NCBI GenBank assembly: GCA_031366795.1
Contig: JANLOX010000180.1
Span: 1-11,949, forward strand
Source: Candidatus Eiseniibacteriota bacterium
Lineage (GTDB): Bacteria > Eisenbacteria > RBG-16-71-46
Direction of reading: 5' to 3'
Length of the DNA stretch: 11,949 bases
The notes beneath the pieces were generated by a model. It had not been told where the DNA came from. It did not search any database and saw nothing but the letters and a program-made list of their open reading frames with translations. Positions 1 to 7,621 of this stretch are shown piece after piece. Made by a program: the position numbers and the translations under genes. Position 1 is the first letter of the stretch; each line of letters begins with the position of its first letter.

Positions 1-64
1 ATCACGCGATGCAACTCACTGTGAACGCAACAGATGAAGAGCAGTGTCTAGAAAGTTGTGAGTG

Positions 65-1453
65 TCAAGATACTTGACGACCCGCAGGCTCTTCGAGACG
101 AAGGCGGCGCAACTTCTCGATCAAACCCTGTCGAGAAATTCCAAGCACGCGCGCGGCCTGGCTCTTGTTGCCGTCCGTGAGGCGCAAAACCTCCGCGATA
201 TGCTCGGCTTCCATCTGCGCGAGCGTCGCCACGCCGAACTGGCGCGACTCCGCCGTCGAGACGGGAAGTCCCGAGCCGCGACCGAGCAATTCACTCGGCA
301 TGTGCTCGAGCCGCACCAGCGGCCCGTCCTCCAGCAGCACCACGCGCTCGATCAGGTTGCGCAGCTCGCGGACATTGCCTGGCCACGCGTAGCCGCGGAA
401 TGCATCCTCGGCCTCGGGACTCAAGTCGGTGAACGGCTTCTGGAAGCGGCGGGCGAAGTCGCGGACGAAGTGGCGCGCCAACAAGAGGACGTCATCGTCG
501 CGGTCGCGCAGCGGCGGCAGCGGCACGCTCACTACCTTGAGGCGGAAGTAGAGATCGCTGCGAAAGCGGCCCGCGCGCACCTCGGCCTCGACGTCCTTGT
601 TGGTGGCCGCCACGATGCGGATATCGACCGAGATGTCCTCTGCCCCACCGACCCGCTTGAAATTACGGTGATCGATGAAGCGCAGCAGCTTGGCCTGCGT
701 CGGCAGCGGCATGTCGGCGACTTCGTCGAGGAACAGCGTGCCGCCGTCGCACAACTCGACCAGCCCCTTCTTGGTGCTGTGGGCGTCGGTGAAGGCGCCG
801 CGCTCGTGGCCGAACAGCTCATTCTCGAGCAGGCTCTCGTGGAACGAGGAACAATTCACTTCCATCAGCGGGTGCTCGGCACGCTCGCTGAGGTAGTGGA
901 TGGCCCGCGCGACCAATTCCTTGCCGGTTCCGCTCTCACCGGTGATCAAAACCGAGGTGGCCTGACTGGGCACGACCTTCTCGATCAGTTCGCGCACATG
1001 CCGGATCGGCATCGAGTCACCGATGATCTCGGCGTCCGAGTAGGCGTCGTAGGCGCGGCGCCGGTAGAGATCGAGTTCGCTGGCCTGGCGGAAATTGCGG
1101 CCGGCGGAGTCCGTGGCGAGCACGATGTCTTCCATCTCGTAGGGCTTGCGCAGGAAGTCGCAGGCGCCAAGCTTCATGGCGTTCACGGCCGACTGCACGT
1201 CGCCGTAGGCGGTGATCACGATGACCTGGAGCAAGGGGTCCAGGGCGCGCGCCTGCTTGAGGACCGAAAGTCCGTCAGTGTCCGGCAGCCGCATGTCGAG
1301 GATCATGACCTGCGGGCGCACGCTCGAGACCTTTTCGATGCCCTCCGCCCCGGTGCTCGCGGTCTCGACCGAGTAGCCGCTCGAGCGGAACACCTTGGAC
1401 AGCGACTTCCGGATCAGTAGTTCGTCGTCGACGATCAACAATGAGGGCTTCAA
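65..1453 (-). CDS. Sigma-54-dependent response regulator (NtrC/AtoC family: REC + AAA+ + Fis-type HTH)
   Basis: Receiver motifs LIVDDE, phospho-Asp in [13 protein letters not shown] and FLRKP. Walker [22 protein letters not shown], Walker [31 protein letters not shown] and C-terminal [20 protein letters not shown] start overlaps the kinase stop (TTGA), with SD GAGGAGG at 1461-1467. Confidence 0.96.
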   Translation of the reverse strand: MKPSLLIVDDELLIRKSLSKVFRSSGYSVETASTGAEGIEKVSSVRPQVMILDMRLPDTDGLSVLKQARALDPLLQVIVITAYGDVQSAVNAMKLGACDFLRKPYEMEDIVLATDSAGRNFRQASELDLYRRRAYDAYSDAEIIGDSMPIRHVRELIEKVVPSQATSVLITGESGTGKELVARAIHYLSERAEHPLMEVNCSSFHESLLENELFGHERGAFTDAHSTKKGLVELCDGGTLFLDEVADMPLPTQAKLLRFIDHRNFKRVGGAEDISVDIRIVAATNKDVEAEVRAGRFRSDLYFRLKVVSVPLPPLRDRDDDVLLLARHFVRDFARRFQKPFTDLSPEAEDAFRGYAWPGNVRELRNLIERVVLLEDGPLVRLEHMPSELLGRGSGLPVSTAESRQFGVATLAQMEAEHIAEVLRLTDGNKSQAARVLGISRQGLIEKLRRLRLEEPAGRQVS

Positions 1454-2559
1454 GCGGTGGCCTCCTCGGCGCGGTTCAGCAGTTCGGCCGGGACCGGGAA
1501 CGACACACGCAGCGTGGCGCCACCTCCGGGATTGTTCTTGGCGGTGATGACCCCGCCGGCATCGCGCACGATCTGCACTGAAATCGAGAGTCCCAGGCCG
1601 GTGCCCATCGAGCGCGTGGTGAAAAACGGGTCGAAAATGCGCTCCATCAGCTCCTTGGGGATGCCGACGCCGGTGTCGCTGAACGACACATCGGCCACCG
1701 AGCGGCGCGTGCGGTAGCGGCGGATGCCCGTCGTCACCTTAAGCTGTCCCCCTTCGGGCATCGCCTGCACGGCATTGAGCGCAAGATTGAGGAACACCTG
1801 CTGGGCGAGGTCGGGATCCGCGATCACCTGCGGCAGGTCGTCGGAGAACTCCCGCAGGATGACGACTTGTGCGTCGCTGAACTGGGCGTCGAGCAGATCG
1901 AGCGTCTTGCCCAGCACCTCATGAAGGTCGCACGGCTGCGGTTGCGCCGCGGGCGGCCGCGCGAACATCAGCAGGCCAGTGATGATCTGCTCGATGCGGT
2001 CGAGCTCGCGGATCACGTCATCGAGGTCTTCGCGGCGCGGGTCCTGGGGCTTGAACTTGGAGCCGACGAACTGCACCGTCGTGCGAATGCCCGTCAGCGG
2101 GTTGCGGATCTCGTGCGCGACGTAGGCGCTCAGTTCCCCGAGCGAGACGAGCCGGTCGATCTTCTTCTGGAATTCACCATCCTCGGATTCCGAGATCGCT
2201 TCGCCCAGGATCACGGAACCGATCGGGTCGCCCTCTTCGTCACGCATCGGCAGCGCCTCGGCCTTGAGCGTGAACTCGCGCCCCTCGGCCTCGAGCTTGA
2301 ACTCGCGCGGCTCGCGCGAGCCGCCCTTGAGCCAGCGCGCGTCGGCGCCGGGAAACAGGCGCGAGCCGGGCTGGCCGAGCAGCGTGCCGGCCTCGACCCC
2401 GAGCAACTCCTCGAAGCGACGGTTGTTGTAGACCACCCGGCGCTCGCGATCGAGCCCCACGACCGCCTGCTCGAGGGTGTCGAGTATCTGGGTGGGCCAC
2501 GGCGGGGTCTTGAGGGGGGTCTCGCCCTCGGCGGGTCGCGTCAGCGCTTCACTGCGCAT
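1450..2559 (-). CDS. Cytoplasmic PAS-domain sensor histidine kinase (NtrB/AtoS-like)
   Basis: N-terminal PAS-like segment (ILDTLEQAVVGLDRERRVVYNN), H-box AHEIRNPL, N-box QVFLNLALNAVQAM, G1 DTGVGI, F-box FDPFFTT, G2 GTGLGL. No hydrophobic TM segment. GGAG lies 9 nt upstream of the ATG. Confidence 0.95.
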   Translation of the reverse strand: MRSEALTRPAEGETPLKTPPWPTQILDTLEQAVVGLDRERRVVYNNRRFEELLGVEAGTLLGQPGSRLFPGADARWLKGGSREPREFKLEAEGREFTLKAEALPMRDEEGDPIGSVILGEAISESEDGEFQKKIDRLVSLGELSAYVAHEIRNPLTGIRTTVQFVGSKFKPQDPRREDLDDVIRELDRIEQIITGLLMFARPPAAQPQPCDLHEVLGKTLDLLDAQFSDAQVVILREFSDDLPQVIADPDLAQQVFLNLALNAVQAMPEGGQLKVTTGIRRYRTRRSVADVSFSDTGVGIPKELMERIFDPFFTTRSMGTGLGLSISVQIVRDAGGVITAKNNPGGGATLRVSFPVPAELLNRAEEATA

Positions 2560-2679
2560 TGCACATCACTCCATTCCAGTGGACTCGCAACTGCTCGAAT
2601 GGAGAAAACCACATGGACCGGGCAGCCGCAATGACGGAACGCCGCCAGGGCCCACGGAAATCGGGGCCCGGGGAGCCCG

Positions 2680-2708
2680 TTGTGCCGCGTCCTGCCCGCT
2701 GATATCAT
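2680..2708 (+). promoter_or_regulatory. Putative sigma-70-type promoter for the PpiD/SurA-like gene
   Basis: TTGTGC (2680-2685), 17-nt spacer, TATCAT (2703-2708), plus an extended -10 TG at 2700-2701, about 60 nt upstream of the ATG at 2770. Confidence 0.55.
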
Positions 2709-2769
2709 CGCGCGTTCGTTCGGCTCAACTACCCTCATCCCGGCGGATTCGCGCCGGTTGGAGTCCTCA

Positions 2770-4590
2770 ATGCTTAGCTCTCTTCGCGGCGGCGGTAAGC
2801 GCACGAAGACGATCTGGTGGATCCTGATCGTCATCACCGTGGTCACCTTTCTCGGTGGCTTCGTCTTCATCTTCGGCTCGGGTCTCAGCGGCAGCAGGTC
2901 GGCCAAGGTCAACGGCGCCATCGCCACGGTGGACGGCCATGAGATCAGCCGGGTGGACTACCAGAACGCCCTGAACAGCCAGCGCCAGTCGTTCGCCGCG
3001 CGCTATGGCGACGAGCCGGGCGAGCGCGAGATGCAGACGATCGAGTCGCAGGCGTACCGCGGCCTGGTGATGAACCGGCTGCTCGAGGCGCAGGCCAAGT
3101 CGATGGGCCTGAAGGCCACCGACCACGAAGTGCTGCTGCAGCTGCAAACGAACCCGCCGCAGGCGCTGATGCAGGCGCCGGCATTCCAGACCAACGGCCA
3201 GTTCGATCCCCAGAAGTACATGGCGGCGATGAAGGACCCCAACAACAATTGGGCGCCATTCGAGCAGGAAGTCCGCGCCAGCATGCCGGTGCGCAAGCTG
3301 CAGGAGCAGTTGTTCACCTCCATCAAGATGACGGACGGCGAGCTTCGCCAGGAATGGCGGAACCGCAACGAGAAGGTCAGCGCCACGGTCGCCACATTGG
3401 CGCCCGACCGCAGCGCCCCGGCGCCCAAGCTCAGCGACGCTGACCTCGCCAAGGTGTACGAGAAGTACAAGAACCGCTTCGTCAGCGGGCCGCAGCGGCG
3501 GCTCGAAGTGCTGATGGTGCCGAAGAACCTCGGCGATGCCGCGGTGAAGACCGGCTCCGACCTTGCCGGCAGCCTGGTCAAGCGGATCCGCACAGGCGAA
3601 CGCTTCGAAGCGCTGTCGCGCGAGTACTCGGACGCGCCGGGAGCGGATCGCGGCGGCGTAATCGACCGCGTGCTGACCCCGACCGACTTCGGTGCGCAGC
3701 TGGGGCCGCAGATCGCGGTGATGGACACCGGCCAGGTCACCGAGCCGGTGCGCGACGGCGGGCGCTTCATGTTCTTCAAGTTGGTCAAGAAGGAACCGGC
3801 CGGCGCGAACGGCATGCCGGGCGTGCGCGTCGCGCAGTTCCTCGTGCGCATCAAGCCGGACGACGAAGCGCTCAAGAAGCAACTCGCGGACCTCAACAAG
3901 TTACGCGCGCAGGCCCAGCATGATGGCCTCGGGCGCGCCGCGACCGCCATGGCGCTGACCACGACCAAGACGGGCTTTTTCGACCTCGCCAACACCCCGA
4001 ACGAGCTGGCCTCCGTCCCCTCCGCCGCGGATTGGGCGTTCGGCGCGCAGGCCAATGAGCTGAGCCCGGTGATCGAGTCGCTCGACTTCTTCGCCATCGT
4101 GCAGCTGCTGGCGCTCAAGCCCGAAGGACCGGCGCCGCGCGAGGCGATCGCCGACCAGCTGCGCCAGTTGGGCGAGCTCGAAGCCGCGATCGACAAGCTG
4201 AGCCCCAAGGCCGATGCGCTCGCTGCCGCACTCAAGTCCGGCCAGACGCTCGAGCAGGCCGCGGCCTCGGTGGGCGCCACCGTCCAGAAGATCGATGGCC
4301 TCGTGCGTGGTGGCCAGGACCAGCGGCTGTTCGGGCAGGCTGACTTGATCGGCCAGCTCTTCGCTGCCTCCCCCGGACGGGTCGTGGGTCCCATGCGCGG
4401 CCTCGGCGGCTACGCCGTGGCGCGGCTCGAGTCACGCACCGAGCCTGACTGGACGGCGTTCGATGCGGCGAAGAGCCAGTTCGCGCAGCAGTTGCTGGAG
4501 ACCCGGCAGCGTTCGTTCGTCGAACGCTACACGTCCTCGCTGCGGACCGCGGCCAAGGTCAAGGACCTGCGCAGCGACGCGGTCAACTAG
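2770..4590 (+). CDS. Membrane-anchored SurA-N/parvulin-domain periplasmic chaperone (PpiD-like)
   Basis: The start is reassigned to ATG 2770 (MLSSLR..., GGAG at 2760-2763). Basic N-terminus, then a TM helix IWWILIVITVVTFLGGFVFIFG, SurA-N motifs (IATVDGHEIS, FQTNGQFD), a parvulin-like FEALSREYSD..GG segment and the C-terminal AKVKDLR typical of PpiD-like proteins. Confidence 0.88.
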   Translation: MLSSLRGGGKRTKTIWWILIVITVVTFLGGFVFIFGSGLSGSRSAKVNGAIATVDGHEISRVDYQNALNSQRQSFAARYGDEPGEREMQTIESQAYRGLVMNRLLEAQAKSMGLKATDHEVLLQLQTNPPQALMQAPAFQTNGQFDPQKYMAAMKDPNNNWAPFEQEVRASMPVRKLQEQLFTSIKMTDGELRQEWRNRNEKVSATVATLAPDRSAPAPKLSDADLAKVYEKYKNRFVSGPQRRLEVLMVPKNLGDAAVKTGSDLAGSLVKRIRTGERFEALSREYSDAPGADRGGVIDRVLTPTDFGAQLGPQIAVMDTGQVTEPVRDGGRFMFFKLVKKEPAGANGMPGVRVAQFLVRIKPDDEALKKQLADLNKLRAQAQHDGLGRAATAMALTTTKTGFFDLANTPNELASVPSAADWAFGAQANELSPVIESLDFFAIVQLLALKPEGPAPREAIADQLRQLGELEAAIDKLSPKADALAAALKSGQTLEQAAASVGATVQKIDGLVRGGQDQRLFGQADLIGQLFAASPGRVVGPMRGLGGYAVARLESRTEPDWTAFDAAKSQFAQQLLETRQRSFVERYTSSLRTAAKVKDLRSDAVN

Positions 4591-4648
4591 CGACGTCCCG
4601 CACTCCCCGCAAGAAGTTATAGCGGGCGGGCGTTGTGAAGCGCACGCC

Positions 4649-4702
4649 CCAAACAGAATCGCCGGCGCCTTAGAGCAACCGGGCGCCGGCGATTGTGTTT
4701 GG
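4649..4702. terminator. Long inverted repeat between convergent genes; probable bidirectional intrinsic terminator
   Basis: CCAAACA-G-AATCGCCGGCGCC (4649-4669) pairs with GGCGCCGGCGATT-G-TGTTTGG (4682-4702): 20 Watson-Crick pairs with one G-G mismatch and a 12-nt loop. The distal arm is T-rich on both strands. It lies between the stop of the PpiD-like gene and the stop of tatA. Confidence 0.75.
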
Positions 4703-4732
4703 TCCGCGCGTCGCACCAGCCCGCGATGCCCC

Positions 4733-4936
4733 CTAATTCAGCGGCTCGTTCTCGGGCGGCCGGTTATTCTTCGGCGTGTCGGAGTGAATCTCGTCCGTCA
4801 GCTCGTTCTGGGCCTTGCGGAACTCACGCATGGCCTGCCCGAGGCCCTTGGCCATTTTGGGAATTTGGCTCGGCCCGAACACCAGCAGGATGACGACGAA
4901 CACGATCATCAACTCGGTTCCACCCATTCCGAACAC
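4733..4936 (-). CDS. tatA: Twin-arginine translocase TatA/TatE subunit
   Basis: GTG start at 4936 after a strong SD (GAGGAGGAG, 4940-4948). MFGMGGTELMIVFVVILLVFGPSQIPKMAKGLGQAMREFRKA gives a TM helix, FG hinge and amphipathic helix. 67 aa. Confidence 0.93.
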   Translation of the reverse strand: MFGMGGTELMIVFVVILLVFGPSQIPKMAKGLGQAMREFRKAQNELTDEIHSDTPKNNRPPENEPLN

Positions 4937-4965
4937 GTTCTCCTCCTCGTTAGTGCTGCACTCTT

Positions 4966-5394
4966 CTAGTCGGCCAACTTGAGATGGCTGCGGTCGCTGC
5001 CGATGACGAGCGAGACGTCCGCCAGATCGGGGCCCCATGCCTGCCGGATCACCGGCGCTCCACCCAGGTACCGTGAAACCGTTCGTGCCCCATCCGTGTT
5101 CTCGCGGCGCGCCACAATGAACGTGGCGAAATAATCCGATCGCTCGGCCGTGCGTACATCCACCACCTGGAAACCGCCATCGCGCAGGAACGACGCGGCG
5201 CGTGCCGCGACGCCGCTCTCTCCTGAACCATTGACCACTTCGACGCGGATCACACTGGAACCCGCCGGGCGCCAGACCCGCGGCAGGTTCGGCCGCCAGC
5301 CTTTCGCCAATGATGACACGATCAGGGCCACGACGACCACCGCCATGACGATCGTCAGGACGCGCAGCCCCCCCCCGCCACCCTTCTTAGCCAC
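4966..5394 (-). CDS. Single-TM protein with a LytR/CpsA/Psr C-terminal (LytR_C) domain
   Basis: N-terminal TM LTIVMAVVVVALIVSSL, with LytR_C hallmarks IRVEVVNGSGESGVA..L...GF.V and ADVSLVIGSD. No LCP catalytic domain is present. Confidence 0.85.
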   Translation of the reverse strand: MAKKGGGGGLRVLTIVMAVVVVALIVSSLAKGWRPNLPRVWRPAGSSVIRVEVVNGSGESGVAARAASFLRDGGFQVVDVRTAERSDYFATFIVARRENTDGARTVSRYLGGAPVIRQAWGPDLADVSLVIGSDRSHLKLAD

Positions 5395-5992
5395 GGCGAG
5401 CTGCCGTGCGCGGCTTGGGTTCGAGTGCCGCGAGCGCGCGCCGCATGCGAGTCCAAGTCTGTAAGAGGGATTCGGGCAGCACCCTGGTCCTGCCGATCAC
5501 CGGCATGAAATTCGTGTCCCCATCCCAGCGCGGCACCAGGTGCAGGTGAAGGTGCCCCGGAAACCCGGCCCCCGCCACCCGGCCCAGATTGACGCCCGCG
5601 TTGATGCCATGCGGCTGATACTCCGCCTCGAGCGCCCTCTCTGCAAGGGCGGTCAACTCGAGCAGGTCAGCGCGCTCGCCGGGGCCCAGCTCGGCAAACC
5701 GCGCCATGTGCGGCCGCACGGCGACCATAAGATGCGCCGGGTTGTAGGGATAGCGGTTGAGCATGAGCAGCGCATGGGGCGTGCGGCGCAGCACCAGGTG
5801 CTCGCGGTCCGCCGAGTCGGCCGCCACGCGGCAGAACAGGCACTCCTTGCGCTCCTTCGCTTTGCTGGCGGGCGTGGAACCGGACGCCGCGGGTCGCTTT
5901 GCTGCGGTGCGCGCAGTCTGCCCCGACGCCTTGGCGATGTAGGCCATGCGCCACGGGGACCACAGCCGCTCGAGTCCGTGCGATGCGCTCAT
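5387..5992 (-). CDS. HIT-family nucleotide hydrolase/phosphorylase (Ap4A phosphorylase/Fhit-like)
   Basis: LWSPWRMAYI, CLFC, LNRYPYNPAHLMV, GINAGVNLGRVAGAG and the histidine triad HLHLHLVPRWDGDTNF. Confidence 0.92.
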   Translation of the reverse strand: MSASHGLERLWSPWRMAYIAKASGQTARTAAKRPAASGSTPASKAKERKECLFCRVAADSADREHLVLRRTPHALLMLNRYPYNPAHLMVAVRPHMARFAELGPGERADLLELTALAERALEAEYQPHGINAGVNLGRVAGAGFPGHLHLHLVPRWDGDTNFMPVIGRTRVLPESLLQTWTRMRRALAALEPKPRTAARRG

Positions 5993-5999
5993 CGCCGCC

Positions 6000-6761
6000 T
6001 CACGTCGTGGGACCGATCTCGCGATAGATGTGCTCGGCCTCGGTAAGTTGGTCGACGGTGTTGATGCCGAGCAATTCGCGATGGTCCTGCGCGCACACCA
6101 CCGCGGCCTTGAGCCCGGCGCGCTGCAGCAGCGACACCGTGTCGGTCAGGTAGTACTCGCCCTGCGAGTTGTGCGCCGTCAGGTTCGACAGCGCGTTGAC
6201 GAGCGCCGTGTAGTCGAACGCATAGATCCCCGAATTCACCTCGTCGAGCGCGCGCTGATCCACCGTGGCGTCACGGTGCTCGACGATGGTGTCGATCGAC
6301 TGGTCCGCCCGGCGCACGATGCGTCCGTAGCCCGTGGGATCGGGCAGCCGCATCGACAGCACCGTCACGGCGGCCCCCGAAGCGGCGTGGCCCTCGAGCA
6401 GCGCGTGCAAGGTGGAAGCGCGCAGCAACGGTGTATCGCCACACACCACCAGCAGGGTGCCTTCGAAGTTCTCGAGCGCCGGACCCGCCATCAGCACGGC
6501 GTGACCGGTGCCGCGCTGTTCGGCCTGCACCACCCACTCGGCCTCGGAATCAGCGAACATCTGGCGCACGCGTTCACGCTGGTGGCCGATCACGACGATC
6601 ACGCGCCCCACCCCGAGCTGGTCGAGCGTGTGCAGCACGTGTCCCAGCAGCGGCGTCCCCGCCATCGGGTGCAGCACCTTGGCGAGATCGCTGTTCATGC
6701 GCGTGCCCTGGCCCGCGGCCAGCACCAACGCGGCGGTATCCGCGTGCCTGAAGCGTGTCAT
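6000..6761 (-). CDS. GlmU-like N-terminal nucleotidyltransferase domain only (probable GlcNAc-1-P uridyltransferase)
   Basis: LAAGQGTRMNSDLAKVLH, QAEQRGTGHAV, GDTPLL, PTGYGRIVR, EVNSGIY, QGEYYLTD and GINT are GlmU-type motifs. The ORF stops at 253 aa, before the hexapeptide acetyltransferase domain. ATG 6761 overlaps the panC stop (ATGA). Confidence 0.88.
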   Translation of the reverse strand: MTRFRHADTAALVLAAGQGTRMNSDLAKVLHPMAGTPLLGHVLHTLDQLGVGRVIVVIGHQRERVRQMFADSEAEWVVQAEQRGTGHAVLMAGPALENFEGTLLVVCGDTPLLRASTLHALLEGHAASGAAVTVLSMRLPDPTGYGRIVRRADQSIDTIVEHRDATVDQRALDEVNSGIYAFDYTALVNALSNLTAHNSQGEYYLTDTVSLLQRAGLKAAVVCAQDHRELLGINTVDQLTEAEHIYREIGPTT

Positions 6762-7621
6762 TTCGGCTCCCATTCGAAGTTATCGATCAGCCGCGCCTTG
6801 CCCACGCGGGCGGCCACGGCGACCAGCACCCTGCCCCGCACCGTGCGCACCGGCTCGAAAGTGCCGGCATCCACCACCGCGACGTAATCCTCTTCCACCG
6901 TCTCATGGCGGCGAAACGCCGAGCGCACCAGCCGCTTGAGTGTTGCCGCCAAACGCTCCCCGCGATCGAGCGCAACGCGCGCGGCGGTGAGGCCCTGCGA
7001 CAGGGCCACCGCATCGCGGCGGCCCGCGGCCGTAAGGTATTCGTTGCGCGAGGAACGCGCGAGGCCATCCTGCTCGCGCAGCGTGGCGCCGCGGCGCACA
7101 CGCACCGGCACGAACAGGTCAGCGCACATCTGCTCGATGATGCGCGCCTGTTGCGCATCTTTCTGGCCGAGCCACAGCTCGTCGGGCTGCACCGCGTTGA
7201 GCAGCTTGAGCACAACAGTCGCGACACCCGTGAAGTGCCCCGGCCTGCTGGCGCCCTCGAGCACGGCGTCGAGCCCGGAGACATTCACGCGCGTGTGCTC
7301 GCCGGCCGGGTAGAGATCCGCGACGGTGGGTTCCCACAGCAGGTCGACCCCGGCAGCGGCGAGCCGCGCGCGGTCACGCGCCAGCGGCCGCGGGTAGCGG
7401 CGATAGTCCTCGTGCGGCCCGAATTGCAGGGGGTTGACGAACACGCTCGCCACGACGCGGTCGGCGCTCGCCTTCGCGCGATCGACGAGGCTCACGTGCC
7501 CGGCGTGGATCGCGCCCATCGTCGGCACGAAGCCGATACGATCGCCGCGCCGCCGCCAGCCCGCCACGACACGGCGCAGTTCGGCGATGGTCTGGACGCG
7601 CCGCAGGGCCTTCGCCTTCAA
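6758..7621 (-). CDS. panC: Pantoate--beta-alanine ligase (pantothenate synthetase)
   Basis: GFVPTMGAIHAGH, SVFVNPLQF, EDYRRYPR, RPGHFTGVATVVLKL, GQKDAQQ, REQDGLARSSRN and ARLIDN. The start is reassigned to TTG 7621 (TTGA overlap with the panB stop, GGAG 5 nt upstream). Confidence 0.96.
   Translation of the reverse strand: MKAKALRRVQTIAELRRVVAGWRRRGDRIGFVPTMGAIHAGHVSLVDRAKASADRVVASVFVNPLQFGPHEDYRRYPRPLARDRARLAAAGVDLLWEPTVADLYPAGEHTRVNVSGLDAVLEGASRPGHFTGVATVVLKLLNAVQPDELWLGQKDAQQARIIEQMCADLFVPVRVRRGATLREQDGLARSSRNEYLTAAGRRDAVALSQGLTAARVALDRGERLAATLKRLVRSAFRRHETVEEDYVAVVDAGTFEPVRTVRGRVLVAVAARVGKARLIDNFEWEPK

Noticed and set aside
62..1420. 452-aa plus-strand ORF antisense to the response regulator
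   Set aside because: It is a shadow frame caused by GC-rich codon bias. It has no motifs and lies wholly over a gene with complete family motifs.
2605..2769. Sigma-54 promoter or known riboswitch upstream of the kinase
   Set aside because: I found no TGGCAC-N5-TTGC-like element with correct GG-N10-GC spacing. The small hairpins at 2648-2669 and 2740-2757 match no aptamer I recognise and are expected at this GC content.
2767..4394. 371-aa and 463-aa minus-strand ORFs opposite the PpiD-like gene
   Set aside because: Antisense shadow frames with no recognisable domain.
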